Shown here piece by piece: positions 45,423 through 54,586 of a DNA stretch of 64,000 bases (position 1 is its first letter; each line of letters opens with the position of its first letter). The stretch is taken from contig CALVUI010000002.1 in assembly GCA_944363565.1 (NCBI GenBank), positions 206,408-270,407 on the forward strand, written 5' to 3'. The notes beneath the pieces were generated by a model. It was not told the origin of the DNA and made no database searches. It saw only the letters and a program-made list of their open reading frames with translations. The stretch is from an uncultured Bacilli bacterium. GTDB lineage: Bacteria; Bacillota_I; Bacilli_A; RFN20; CAG-826. Position numbers and translations under genes: made by a program.

Positions 45423-48113
45423 ATGGAAGAAAAAACCTACGTCTATTCCTTCGAAGAAGGGCACCAAGCCAAACTTGGCAAGGACATTCTCGGAGGCAAA
45501 GGCGCCGGGCTTAGCGAAATGACCTCCATCGGGGTACCCATCCCCCCTGGTTTTACCGTCACGACCGCGGCCTGCACGCTCTACTACGATTCCGGCAAGA
45601 AGATCCCCGAATTCGTGTGGAAGCAAATCGTCGAACACGTCCATGACGTGGAAAAGAAAACCGGCAAAACCTTCGGTGGCGATCACCGTCCGCTCTTGGT
45701 TTCCGTCCGTTCCGGTGCCAGGCAGTCGATGCCGGGCATGATGGACACCATCCTCAACCTCGGTCTCAACGACCACACGGTTGAAGTCTTGGCCAGCGAA
45801 ACCAACAATCCCCGTTTTGCCTATGACTCCTATCGCCGTTTCATCTTGATGTTCACCAACATCGCCAAGGGCTACCCGCGGACCGAAATGGACCACATGC
45901 TCGACGAGTTGAAGGAGAAAAAAGGCTACAAGATGGACTACGAAGTCCCGGCCGATGACCTCAAGGAACTCGTCAAGCAGTACAAGGAATACTACAAGAA
46001 GACCGTCGGGGAAGACTTCCCGAGCGATCCCTACATCCAGCTCAACGAGGCGGTGGCTGCCGTCTTCCGCAGCTGGGACAACCCCCGCGCCAACGTCTAC
46101 CGTCAGATGAACGGGATCCCCTATGAATGGGGCACCGCCGTCAACGTCCAGACCATGGTCTTCGGCAACCTCAACGAGCGTTCCGGGACCGGCGTGGCCT
46201 TCTCGCGCAACCCCTCGACCGGGGAAAACAAGGTCTATGCTGAGTTCTTGATCAATGCCCAGGGCGAAGACGTCGTCGCCGGCGTCCGGACCCCGATGCA
46301 CATCGAAGAGCTCAACAAGATCATGCCGGACGTCTATGCCCAGTTCTTGAAGACCATCAAGGCGATGGAAGCCCATTACAAGGACATGCAGGACATGGAG
46401 TACACCATCGAAGATGGCAAGCTCTACTTCCTCCAAACCCGCAATGGCAAGCGGACCGCCAGGGCCGCCCTCAAGATCGCCTGCGACCTCGTGGACGAAG
46501 GCGTCATCGACGAGAAGGAAGCCTGCCTCCGCGTCGAACCCAAGCAACTCAATGACTTGCTCCACCCGACCTTCGACGAAGAAGACCTGAAGCGCCATGA
46601 GCCGATCCTCAAAGGCCTCCCGGCCTCCCCGGGTGCCGGCACCGGCAAGCTCGTCTTCTCGGCCGAAGAAGCCAAGGCCCAGAAAGACGCCGGAACCAAG
46701 GTCGTCTTGGCCCGGGCCGAGACCTCGCCCGAAGACATCATCGGGATGGTCAATGCCGAAGCCATCATCACCCAACGCGGTGGTATGACCTCGCACGCCG
46801 CCGTCGTGGCCCGCAGCATGGGCAAGTGCTGCGTCGCCGGCTGCGGTGAAGCCCTGATCGACGAAGAAAAGAAGACCATCACCGTCGGTGACAAGGTCTA
46901 CAAGGAAGGGGACGTCGTCTCCGTCAACGGTTCCACCGGCCTCATCTACGCCGGGGAAGTCAAGATGGTCCCGGCCTCCATGGGCGGCGACTTCGGCCGC
47001 ATGATGGATTGGGCCGACAAGAACCGCCGTCTCAAGATCCGTGTCAACGCCAACACCCCGACCGACGCCGAAGTCGGCAACCGCTTCGGGGCCGAAGGCA
47101 TTGGCCTCTGCCGGACCGAACGTATGTTCTTCGGGGTCGACCGCATCCTCCATATGCGCGGCATGATCCTCAGCGACTCGACCGAACAACGGGTGGCCGC
47201 CCTCGAAAAGCTCCGCCCCTACCAGGTCGATGACTTCTACAAGATGTACATGGCCAACCCCGGAACCCATGTCTGCATCCGTTTGCTCGACCCGCCTCTC
47301 CACGAATTCCTCCCGGGCCTCCACGAGGATGACAAGATCGCCGAGATCGCCAAGGACCTCAATGTCTCCGAACAGAAGGTCCGCGACAAGATCACGACCC
47401 TCATCCAAGCCAACCCGATGATGGGCTTCCGTGGCTGCCGTTTGGCCGTGGCCTATCCGGAAATCTACCGGATGCAGGCGACCGCCATCGCCCAGGCTGC
47501 CATCAAGGCCTCCAAGGACCTTGGCCAGCCGGTCGAACCGGAAATCATGATCCCGCTCACCGAAGAGCTCAAAGAGTTCAAGTACGTCAAGGGCATCGTG
47601 ACCGAAGCCGTCGATGGCGAACTCGCCAAGGCCGGGGTCAAGATGACCTATCACGTCGGTACCATGATCGAAGTCCCGCGGGGCGCCCTCATGGCCGGTG
47701 AAATCGCCGAAGAAGCCGAATTCTTCAGCTACGGCACCAACGACCTGACCCAGCTTACCATGGGCTTCAGCCGTGACGATGCCCAGCAGTTCCTCGGCTA
47801 CTACTACGATAAGAAGATCTATGAATTCGACCCTTTCCAGACCATCGACAAGAAGGGTGTCGGCGAACTCGTGAAGATCGCCTTCGAACGCGGCCGTGCC
47901 ACCAACCCCAACCTCACGGTCGGGGTCTGCGGTGAAACCGGCGGCGATCCGGCTTCCATCGAATTCTATGACCGCGTCGGCCTTGACTACGTCTCCTGCT
48001 CGCCCTTCCGCGTGCCGGTTGCCCGTCTAGCCGCCGCCCAGGCCCACATCCTCCACGAAAGGGAGAAGGCCTCGGTCAAGGAAGTCAAGAAGACCTACAT
48101 CATCAAGAAGTAA
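45423..48113 (+). CDS. ppdK: pyruvate, phosphate dikinase
   Basis: 896 aa; ATP-grasp N-domain, phosphohistidine domain GGMTSHAAVVARSMG, PEP-utilising TIM barrel; GGAGG RBS. Confidence 0.95.
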   Translation: MEEKTYVYSFEEGHQAKLGKDILGGKGAGLSEMTSIGVPIPPGFTVTTAACTLYYDSGKKIPEFVWKQIVEHVHDVEKKTGKTFGGDHRPLLVSVRSGARQSMPGMMDTILNLGLNDHTVEVLASETNNPRFAYDSYRRFILMFTNIAKGYPRTEMDHMLDELKEKKGYKMDYEVPADDLKELVKQYKEYYKKTVGEDFPSDPYIQLNEAVAAVFRSWDNPRANVYRQMNGIPYEWGTAVNVQTMVFGNLNERSGTGVAFSRNPSTGENKVYAEFLINAQGEDVVAGVRTPMHIEELNKIMPDVYAQFLKTIKAMEAHYKDMQDMEYTIEDGKLYFLQTRNGKRTARAALKIACDLVDEGVIDEKEACLRVEPKQLNDLLHPTFDEEDLKRHEPILKGLPASPGAGTGKLVFSAEEAKAQKDAGTKVVLARAETSPEDIIGMVNAEAIITQRGGMTSHAAVVARSMGKCCVAGCGEALIDEEKKTITVGDKVYKEGDVVSVNGSTGLIYAGEVKMVPASMGGDFGRMMDWADKNRRLKIRVNANTPTDAEVGNRFGAEGIGLCRTERMFFGVDRILHMRGMILSDSTEQRVAALEKLRPYQVDDFYKMYMANPGTHVCIRLLDPPLHEFLPGLHEDDKIAEIAKDLNVSEQKVRDKITTLIQANPMMGFRGCRLAVAYPEIYRMQATAIAQAAIKASKDLGQPVEPEIMIPLTEELKEFKYVKGIVTEAVDGELAKAGVKMTYHVGTMIEVPRGALMAGEIAEEAEFFSYGTNDLTQLTMGFSRDDAQQFLGYYYDKKIYEFDPFQTIDKKGVGELVKIAFERGRATNPNLTVGVCGETGGDPASIEFYDRVGLDYVSCSPFRVPVARLAAAQAHILHEREKASVKEVKKTYIIKK

Positions 48114-48132
48114 GGCCTGACCTGACAATCAA

Positions 48133-48158
48133 GGCTCCCGCAAGGGGGCCTTTTTTTC
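48133..48158 (+). terminator. rho-independent terminator after ppdK
   Basis: GGCTCCC-GCAA-GGGGGCC followed by TTTTTTT. Confidence 0.7.
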
Positions 48159-48185
48159 TATCTTATTAAAGTAACTTCCGACATA

Positions 48186-48215
48186 AGAAAAACCGCCCCC
48201 ATGAGGAGGCGGTTT
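48186..48215 (-). terminator. rho-independent terminator after glmU (minus strand)
   Basis: Minus strand AAACCGCC-(10 nt loop)-GGCGGTTT followed by TTTTTC. Confidence 0.7.
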
Positions 48216-48236
48216 CATTCCAATTGGAGAAGAAGG

Positions 48237-49643
48237 CTATTCCTTCTTGTTCTTCTTGGCTTCGGCCTGGAGGCGATAGAGGTCGGCATAGCCTTCCTTA
48301 TTGACCTGGCGGTCCCTGGCGATGCCCATCGCGTGGTCGGGGACGTCTTCGGTGATGACGCTTCCGGCCGCCGAAAGGCTCTTTTCCCCGAGGGTCACGG
48401 GGGAGATGAGGATGGTGCCGCTGCCGACGAAGGCCCCATCCTTGATCTTGGACCGGAACTTGTTGACCCCGTCGTAGTTGGCGATGATGGTCCCGCAGCC
48501 GATGTTGACCCTTTCCCCGACGTCGGCGTCGCCGACATAGGAGAGGTGGGCGCATTTGCTGCCGTCCCCGAAGTTGCTGTTCTTCAGTTCGTTGAAATTC
48601 CCGATCCGGGTGTGACTACCGATCACCACGCCTTTGCGGGCCCTGAGATACGGCCCAAGGTCGTTGCCATTGCCGATTCTAACCTCGCTTAAGTGGGTGT
48701 GGGTTATGGTGTTACCATTACCGATTTCGACGTTTTCGAAGTGGCAGTCCGGCCCGATTTCATTGCCTTGGCCGATCTTCGAGGTCCCATAGATATGGAC
48801 ATTGGGAGCGATGACGGTATCCTGTCCGATTTCCACCTCGGGCCCGATGTAGGTCGAATCCGGGTCTTCGATGCTAACCCCGGAGAGCATGAGACCGGTG
48901 TTGATCCTTTTTCTAATGATCTTGGCCGCTTCGGCGAGCTGGACCCGGTCATTGACCCCGAGGGTCTCTTGGAAGTCGCGACAACTGAGGTGGCCGACCT
49001 TGTAGCCGAGGCGGTTGAAGATACCGACCATGTCGGTCAGGTAGTATTCGTGGGCGGCGTTTTCGGTCGATAGTTTATCGAGATTGTCGAAGAGCTTTTT
49101 GTTATCGAAGACATAGACCCCGGCGTTGATGGTCTTGATGGCCTCTTCTTCCTTCGAGCAGTCCTTTTGCTCGCGGATGGCCTCGACCTGACCCTTCTCG
49201 TCGACGATGATGCGGCCATAGCCGCGGGGATTATCGAGGACGGCCGTCAAGATGGTGAGGTCATTGTGATTGTTTTCGTGGTAATCCAGCAAGGCACCGA
49301 GGGTTTGCGTCGTTAATAGGGGAGTATCCCCACAGCAGACGATGGTATTGCCTTCAAGGTTAGAGAGGTTGGGGGCCGCCATCATGATGGCGTGTCCCGT
49401 CCCTTTTTGTTCCTTCTGCCAGACGATCTCGGCTTCCTTTTCGGCGATCTTGGAGGAGGTTTCGCCCCCGAAGCCGACCACCACGACCTTCTTCTTGAGG
49501 CCGAGGGGGTGGAGGGCCATGAGGACGTACTTCAGAAGCGGGGTCTTGAGGATCGGGTAGCTGACCTTCGAGATGTCGTCCCGGAGGCTTTTCATGCGGG
49601 TGCCCTTGCCGGCCGCCAAAACGATCGCGTATCTCTCTTTCAT
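48237..49643 (-). CDS. glmU: bifunctional UDP-N-acetylglucosamine pyrophosphorylase / glucosamine-1-phosphate N-acetyltransferase
   Basis: MKERYAIVLAAGKGTRMKS N-terminus and C-terminal LbH hexapeptide repeats; 468 aa. Confidence 0.95.
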   Translation of the reverse strand: MKERYAIVLAAGKGTRMKSLRDDISKVSYPILKTPLLKYVLMALHPLGLKKKVVVVGFGGETSSKIAEKEAEIVWQKEQKGTGHAIMMAAPNLSNLEGNTIVCCGDTPLLTTQTLGALLDYHENNHNDLTILTAVLDNPRGYGRIIVDEKGQVEAIREQKDCSKEEEAIKTINAGVYVFDNKKLFDNLDKLSTENAAHEYYLTDMVGIFNRLGYKVGHLSCRDFQETLGVNDRVQLAEAAKIIRKRINTGLMLSGVSIEDPDSTYIGPEVEIGQDTVIAPNVHIYGTSKIGQGNEIGPDCHFENVEIGNGNTITHTHLSEVRIGNGNDLGPYLRARKGVVIGSHTRIGNFNELKNSNFGDGSKCAHLSYVGDADVGERVNIGCGTIIANYDGVNKFRSKIKDGAFVGSGTILISPVTLGEKSLSAAGSVITEDVPDHAMGIARDRQVNKEGYADLYRLQAEAKKNKKE

Positions 49644-50491
49644 CTCATGGTCCTCGTCAAATAAACGTTGTAGCCCTTCTTTTCGAAGCGCCGGTAGGCT
49701 TCCCTGGCCTTCTTGGGATCGGTCGAGAGACCGAAGACCGAAGAGCCAGAACCCGTCATGGCGACGTAGAAGAAGGCCGGATCGGCCTGCATTTCCTTGA
49801 TGTAGTCCTTGACGGGGGGAAGAAGCGAGACCGCGGCCGCGGTCAGGTCGTTCCCGGCATTTCCGGCGATCAGTTCCTCATCGCCTTCTTCTAGGCCCTT
49901 GATGACCTTCTTGGTGTCGATGGTGAGGCGCGGGAAGTTATCGCAGATCCCATAGACGTCCTTGGTGGATAGACCCTCGTCGGGTTTTAGCAGGACGACT
50001 TCATAGGAGTTCTTGGCCTTGAGTGGCGTGACGTTTTCCCCGATCCCGGTCAGATAAGCCGGGGAGGAGGCCAGGAAGTAGGGGACATCGGCCCCGATGG
50101 CGGCCCCGAGGGGATTGAGGTCGGAAAGCTGGCACTTGAGCTTGAGGATCTTGGCGATGCTGAGCATCACCGCGGCGGCGTTGCTCGACCCTCCGCCGAG
50201 ACCGGCGGCAAAGGGGATTTCCTTATGGATATGGATCAGGAAGTTCTGGGTAAAGCCGAACTTGGCCCGCATGGCCTCGAGGCCCTTGTAGCAGAGGTTA
50301 TGGTGGAGGGCGTTCAAATGGGCGTCGTCGCAGGTGACGAAGCTATCCTGAAGATAAGGTGCGGTCGAAATTTCGATCGTGTCGTGGAGTTCGATGGGGA
50401 GGTTGACCATTTCCAGGGTGTGGTACCCGTCGGGTTTCTTCCCCTTGACTGAGAGGGAGAGGTTGATCTTCCCGAATGATTTGACAATCAT
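49640..50491 (-). CDS. ispE: 4-diphosphocytidyl-2-C-methyl-D-erythritol kinase (GHMP kinase)
   Basis: KINLSLSV...IPFAAGLGGGSSNAAAV GHMP motif; 283 aa. Confidence 0.85.
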   Translation of the reverse strand: MIVKSFGKINLSLSVKGKKPDGYHTLEMVNLPIELHDTIEISTAPYLQDSFVTCDDAHLNALHHNLCYKGLEAMRAKFGFTQNFLIHIHKEIPFAAGLGGGSSNAAAVMLSIAKILKLKCQLSDLNPLGAAIGADVPYFLASSPAYLTGIGENVTPLKAKNSYEVVLLKPDEGLSTKDVYGICDNFPRLTIDTKKVIKGLEEGDEELIAGNAGNDLTAAAVSLLPPVKDYIKEMQADPAFFYVAMTGSGSSVFGLSTDPKKAREAYRRFEKKGYNVYLTRTMR

Positions 50492-50533
50492 GGTGGCCCT
50501 ATTATTAGCAGTTTCTCTTCTTTGTAGAAGAGG

Positions 50534-51346
50534 TCAATTGGAGAGTTTTTGGAAAAGGGTTTCCAAAAGGGGGCTCTTGACGGCCTCGGCCCGCGCCGAT
50601 TGGAGGCCCAATTCCTTGAGGCTCTTATCCAGAATTTCGGCTGGATAGAACTTCTTCAGATTGTTGGCGAGGGTCTTGCGACGGAGGGCGAAGCACTTCT
50701 TGAGGAAGGCATGGAATTCCTTGGCCCTTTCCAAATCGCGGCCCTCCTGGAAATCGTAGGTAAAGACCAGACTTTCGATGTGGGGAGAGGGCTGAAATGA
50801 AGAGGGAGGAACCAAGAAGGCCTTCTTGGCCTGGCCCAAGAGGGAAAACATGATCGAAAGGGGCGAGTAATCACGGGTATTGGGCCCGGCCGTCAGCCTT
50901 TCATAGGCCTCCTTCTGGACCATGAAAACCCCGCGTTTGGCCTTCGGGGCCTCGAACAAGAAGGTCTCGATCAAGGACGAGGTAATGTAGTAAGGGAGGT
51001 TCCCGATCAATTGGACATAAGGCCCATAATCGGCCTTGAGGGCATTGCCTCTTTCGATCTTGAAGTCGGAGGCGAAGGCGAAGTCTTCCTGCAACTTCAA
51101 AACCAGCCCCTCGTCGATATCGACCGCGGTCCCGCGGTAGCCCTTTTCGATGAGGAAATAGGTCAAAGATCCGGCCCCGGGCCCGATCTCGAGGATGGGT
51201 CCTTCGGAAGGATCCAAGAGGAGGGAGACCGTTTTTTCGGCCAGGGAGGGATCGACCAAAAAGTTCTGGCCCACTTCCTTCTTGGCCAGCAGCTTGTATT
51301 CCCTGATCCGGGAGAAATATGTTTCCTTATTGACCAACGACTTCAT
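50534..51346 (-). CDS. rsmA: 16S rRNA (adenine1518/1519-N6)-dimethyltransferase RsmA/KsgA
   Basis: GQNFLVD...ILEIGPGAGSLT SAM-binding motifs. Confidence 0.9.
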   Translation of the reverse strand: MKSLVNKETYFSRIREYKLLAKKEVGQNFLVDPSLAEKTVSLLLDPSEGPILEIGPGAGSLTYFLIEKGYRGTAVDIDEGLVLKLQEDFAFASDFKIERGNALKADYGPYVQLIGNLPYYITSSLIETFLFEAPKAKRGVFMVQKEAYERLTAGPNTRDYSPLSIMFSLLGQAKKAFLVPPSSFQPSPHIESLVFTYDFQEGRDLERAKEFHAFLKKCFALRRKTLANNLKKFYPAEILDKSLKELGLQSARAEAVKSPLLETLFQKLSN

Positions 51347-51869
51347 CGATGTCCCTCAGCATTATGCCCTTGTAATGGCACCTCTTCAGCATCGTCTTGG
51401 CGTTCCCATAGCCTAGACCCAGCTTCTCCATGACCTTGATCCTTCTTTCTTTGGCGCCCGCGTCTCCCGTCAAACCTCTTTCCACGAGCGAAAAATAAGT
51501 GACATCGGAGGGTTTTGCATCCTTTTTGGGAACGAGGACTTCCGAGAGGGCCTTGAGGACCGCGTCTTTGTTTGATTCGGCCACTCCGAGTTTCTTCTTG
51601 CCCTTGCAGGCCTCCCTCTCCATGAAGGCGTGCCGGACCCCGGGAATCTCTTCTTCCAAGAGGTGGCGGATCCGTAAACCCGGATAATCGGGATCGGTCA
51701 AAACGATGATGGGCCGCGTCTTACTTACCTCTTTGAGGTAATTGATAGTTTCACGTGGAACTTCTGACCCATTGGTAATGACGATTTCCCCGCTTAGGAA
51801 AGTGGAGAGAAAGACGCGGTCCGTCTCACCTTCCACGACGATGACGCCATCGAACTCCAGGGGTTTCAT
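51327..51869 (-). CDS. rnmV: ribonuclease M5 (Toprim domain, 5S rRNA maturase)
   Basis: VIVVEGETDRVFL Toprim motif; 180 aa; between tatD and rsmA as in Bacillus yabD-yabF-ksgA. Confidence 0.8.
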   Translation of the reverse strand: MKPLEFDGVIVVEGETDRVFLSTFLSGEIVITNGSEVPRETINYLKEVSKTRPIIVLTDPDYPGLRIRHLLEEEIPGVRHAFMEREACKGKKKLGVAESNKDAVLKALSEVLVPKKDAKPSDVTYFSLVERGLTGDAGAKERRIKVMEKLGLGYGNAKTMLKRCHYKGIMLRDIDEVVGQ

Positions 51870-52639
51870 GGTTCCACGTGGAAGAGGCGACGGAAGTTCT
51901 CATCCGTCTGCCTTTCCAATTCCTTTTCGTCCATTCCCCTCAGCTCCGCGATGGTCTTTAGGACGTAGGGGACATAGGCCGGTTCGTTGGTCTGGCCCCT
52001 AAAGGGGACCGGGGCCAGATAGGGGGCATCGGTCTCTAGGAGCAGACGATCTATCGGGCAGATGGTCGCGCATTCCTTGGTCGTCTTGGCGTTCTTGAAG
52101 GTCGTGACTCCGCCGAATCCGAAATAAAACCCAAGTTTTGCGAACCTTTCAAGCATCTCCGGACTCCCGGAGTAGCAATGGAGGACGCCCCTACGTTCCA
52201 CCGTGTGGGTGGAAAGGACCTCGTACATGTCCCCGATCGCGTCGCGGCAATGGATGGAGATCGGGAGGTTCAGGCGGTTGGCCATCTCGATCTGAGCGAT
52301 CAGGAAGGCCTTTTGCCTATCTCCGGCTTCTTCCTTCTTGCGCCAATGGTAGTCGAGGCCGATTTCCCCGATGGCGATGACCTTCGGGGAAGAGGCGGCG
52401 AGTTTTTCGATTTCCTTCAGGATTTCCAAATCGACGCCTTCGATATTCTCGGGCTGGTAACCGACCGCGACGAAAACACCCTCGTGGGTGTTTGCGATCT
52501 CGACCGCCTTCCTTGAGCTCTCGAGGTCATAACCGACGCATAGCATCGTGTGGACCCCGGCTTCTTTGGCTCTTTTTATGACCTCTTCGCGAGAGTCATA
52601 GAGGGCTTCGTCATTCAAATGGGTATGGGAATCGATCAT
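51866..52639 (-). CDS. tatD: TatD-family metal-dependent DNase/hydrolase
   Basis: MIDSHTHLND N-terminus; 257 aa TIM-barrel hydrolase. Confidence 0.9.
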   Translation of the reverse strand: MIDSHTHLNDEALYDSREEVIKRAKEAGVHTMLCVGYDLESSRKAVEIANTHEGVFVAVGYQPENIEGVDLEILKEIEKLAASSPKVIAIGEIGLDYHWRKKEEAGDRQKAFLIAQIEMANRLNLPISIHCRDAIGDMYEVLSTHTVERRGVLHCYSGSPEMLERFAKLGFYFGFGGVTTFKNAKTTKECATICPIDRLLLETDAPYLAPVPFRGQTNEPAYVPYVLKTIAELRGMDEKELERQTDENFRRLFHVEP

Positions 52640-52640
52640 C

Positions 52641-53960
52641 TTATTTACCTACGCAGAAACGGGAGAAGATCTCGTCGGTGAGATCGGAGGTCACCCCTTC
52701 TCCAAGCAGTTCCCGGAGGTTGTTGTAACCCTCTAATAATAAGGATGACACGATGTCCGCGGTTCCGCCTCCCAGGGCCAGGGAAGAGGCCTCGAGAAGG
52801 GCCCCTCTGGCCTTTGATAATAAGGAGAGCTGACGGGCATTGTTGAGGCTGGGGGTCCTGAAGGCCTTTTCGCCGAGGCCGAGGCGCTTGGAGATTTCCT
52901 TGAGCAAGGGTTCGACGTCCTGCTTCAAGGCGGAGACGTAAAGCCGGCCTTCCTTTTCTTCTTTCAGGAGGTCCGCTTTGTTGTAGACCTCGATCATCTC
53001 CTTGCCCCTCAGGCTTTCGTCGATCTCCGGCCTTTCTTCGTTCAAGGAATCCAAAACCAGGACCAGGATATCGGCCTCCTCGGCGGCCTCTAGGCTTTTC
53101 TCGATCCCGATTTTCTCGATTGCCCCTTCGCCTTCCCGTAGACCCGCGGTATCGAGGAAATGATAGGAAAGGCCCTTGTAATTGAGGTCGCCTTCCACGA
53201 CATCCCGGGTCGTTCCCGGGATGTCGCTGACGATGGCCTTGTCCTTATGGAGGAGGGCATTGAGGAGGCTTGATTTGCCAACGTTGGGCTTCCCGATAAG
53301 GGCGACCTTGACCCCGTCTTTGACCAATCTTCCTTCCCGGCCTTCCTTGATCAATGATCCCAGGGCCTCCGCGACTTTCTGGGCCTTGTTCCCGATCTCT
53401 TCCAGATTCGCGGTGGCGATGTCGTCGTACTCGGGATAGTCGAAGCCGACCTCCATGAGGGCCAGCATCGTTTCGACTTCGTCCCGGAGGGGCTTGACGC
53501 GACCAGAAGAAAGGCCCTGCAGGGAGGAGAGGGCCAGGGTCTTGGCCCCTTCCGTATCGGCGGAGATGAGGTCATTGACGGCCTCGGCCTGAACCAGGTC
53601 CATCTTGCCGTTGTAGTAGGCCCGCGCGGAAAACTCCCCAGGGGCAGCCTTCCGTCCACCGAGGGTTTCCAACAAGGTGCAGATTTCCTCGACGATGAGG
53701 GGCGAGCCATGGCACATGATTTCCCCCATGTCCTCCCCGTCGTAGGAATTGGGCCCTTTGTAGAGAAGCAAAACCACCTCATCGATCAGACGGTCCCCGT
53801 CCTTGATGGTTCCCACCAAGGCCGTCCTCTTGGTGACTTCCTTGAAGGAGGGGGAGAAGCACTTTCTCAAGGCGTCGAAAACCCCATCGCCGCTTAAGCG
53901 GACGATGGAGATGGCACTTCTAAGCAAAGGGGTAGCGGGGGCGTAGATGAACTTGTCCAT
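52641..53960 (-). CDS. mnmE: tRNA modification GTPase MnmE (TrmE)
   Basis: G-domain [18 protein letters not shown]; C-terminal FCVGK. Confidence 0.95.
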   Translation of the reverse strand: MDKFIYAPATPLLRSAISIVRLSGDGVFDALRKCFSPSFKEVTKRTALVGTIKDGDRLIDEVVLLLYKGPNSYDGEDMGEIMCHGSPLIVEEICTLLETLGGRKAAPGEFSARAYYNGKMDLVQAEAVNDLISADTEGAKTLALSSLQGLSSGRVKPLRDEVETMLALMEVGFDYPEYDDIATANLEEIGNKAQKVAEALGSLIKEGREGRLVKDGVKVALIGKPNVGKSSLLNALLHKDKAIVSDIPGTTRDVVEGDLNYKGLSYHFLDTAGLREGEGAIEKIGIEKSLEAAEEADILVLVLDSLNEERPEIDESLRGKEMIEVYNKADLLKEEKEGRLYVSALKQDVEPLLKEISKRLGLGEKAFRTPSLNNARQLSLLSKARGALLEASSLALGGGTADIVSSLLLEGYNNLRELLGEGVTSDLTDEIFSRFCVGK

Positions 53961-53986
53961 GGTTTTAAAAAAGCGGGGTGACCCGC

Positions 53987-54586
53987 TTATTCGACGTATT
54001 TGATGACGACGGCCCGTTCCTTGCCTTCACCGACCGATTCGGTCTTGATGTTGGCCATGTTGGCCAGGGTATTGTGGACGATCCGCCTTTCATCGGGGGT
54101 CATCGGCTCGAGCTTGGCATCGAGGCGGCTCCGGATGACGTCGTGGGCCGTCCTTCTGGCGATATAGGCAATGCGGGAATATTTGTCTTCCTTGTAGCCG
54201 TTGACGTCTAAGAGGATCCGGTAACGGTGGTGGAAGCGGTTGCTGACCGCCAGCTTCGTCAGTTCGTTGAGGGCCTGGAGGGTCCGCCCGTTCTTCCCGA
54301 TCAAAATCGGGTTACGCGGGGAATTGAGGATGATGCGGATCACGTCCTCTTCGATGGTCTCGGCGAATTCGAGGTCGACCCCCATGCCGCCGACGGCCTG
54401 CCGGAGGTAATCCTCGGCATATTCCATCGCGTCGTTGATGTCGCTGACTTCGATCGTCACCTTCTTGGAGAAGAGGCCCTTCTTTTCCTCGGTTACCTTG
54501 TAGACGAGGTCCTTGGGGTCGAGGCCGCTTTCCTTCGAGGCCTCTTCAAGGGCCTCTTCGAGGGTCTTGCCGGAATATTCTTTCAT
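53987..54586 (-). CDS. khpB: Jag/KhpB RNA-binding protein (KH + R3H domains)
   Basis: 199 aa; between mnmE and yidC. Confidence 0.85.
   Translation of the reverse strand: MKEYSGKTLEEALEEASKESGLDPKDLVYKVTEEKKGLFSKKVTIEVSDINDAMEYAEDYLRQAVGGMGVDLEFAETIEEDVIRIILNSPRNPILIGKNGRTLQALNELTKLAVSNRFHHRYRILLDVNGYKEDKYSRIAYIARRTAHDVIRSRLDAKLEPMTPDERRIVHNTLANMANIKTESVGEGKERAVVIKYVE

Noticed and set aside
45312-47654. 780-aa ORF antisense to ppdK; similar long antisense ORFs at 16256-18010 (opposite the ABC exporter), 20491-21744 (opposite ftsH), 31019-32458 and 35763-36899
   Set aside because: High GC with GC-rich third positions leaves the reverse frames free of stop codons. The translations are low-complexity (Gly/Asp/Arg/Val-rich) and lack any recognisable fold, while the sense-strand genes are unambiguous
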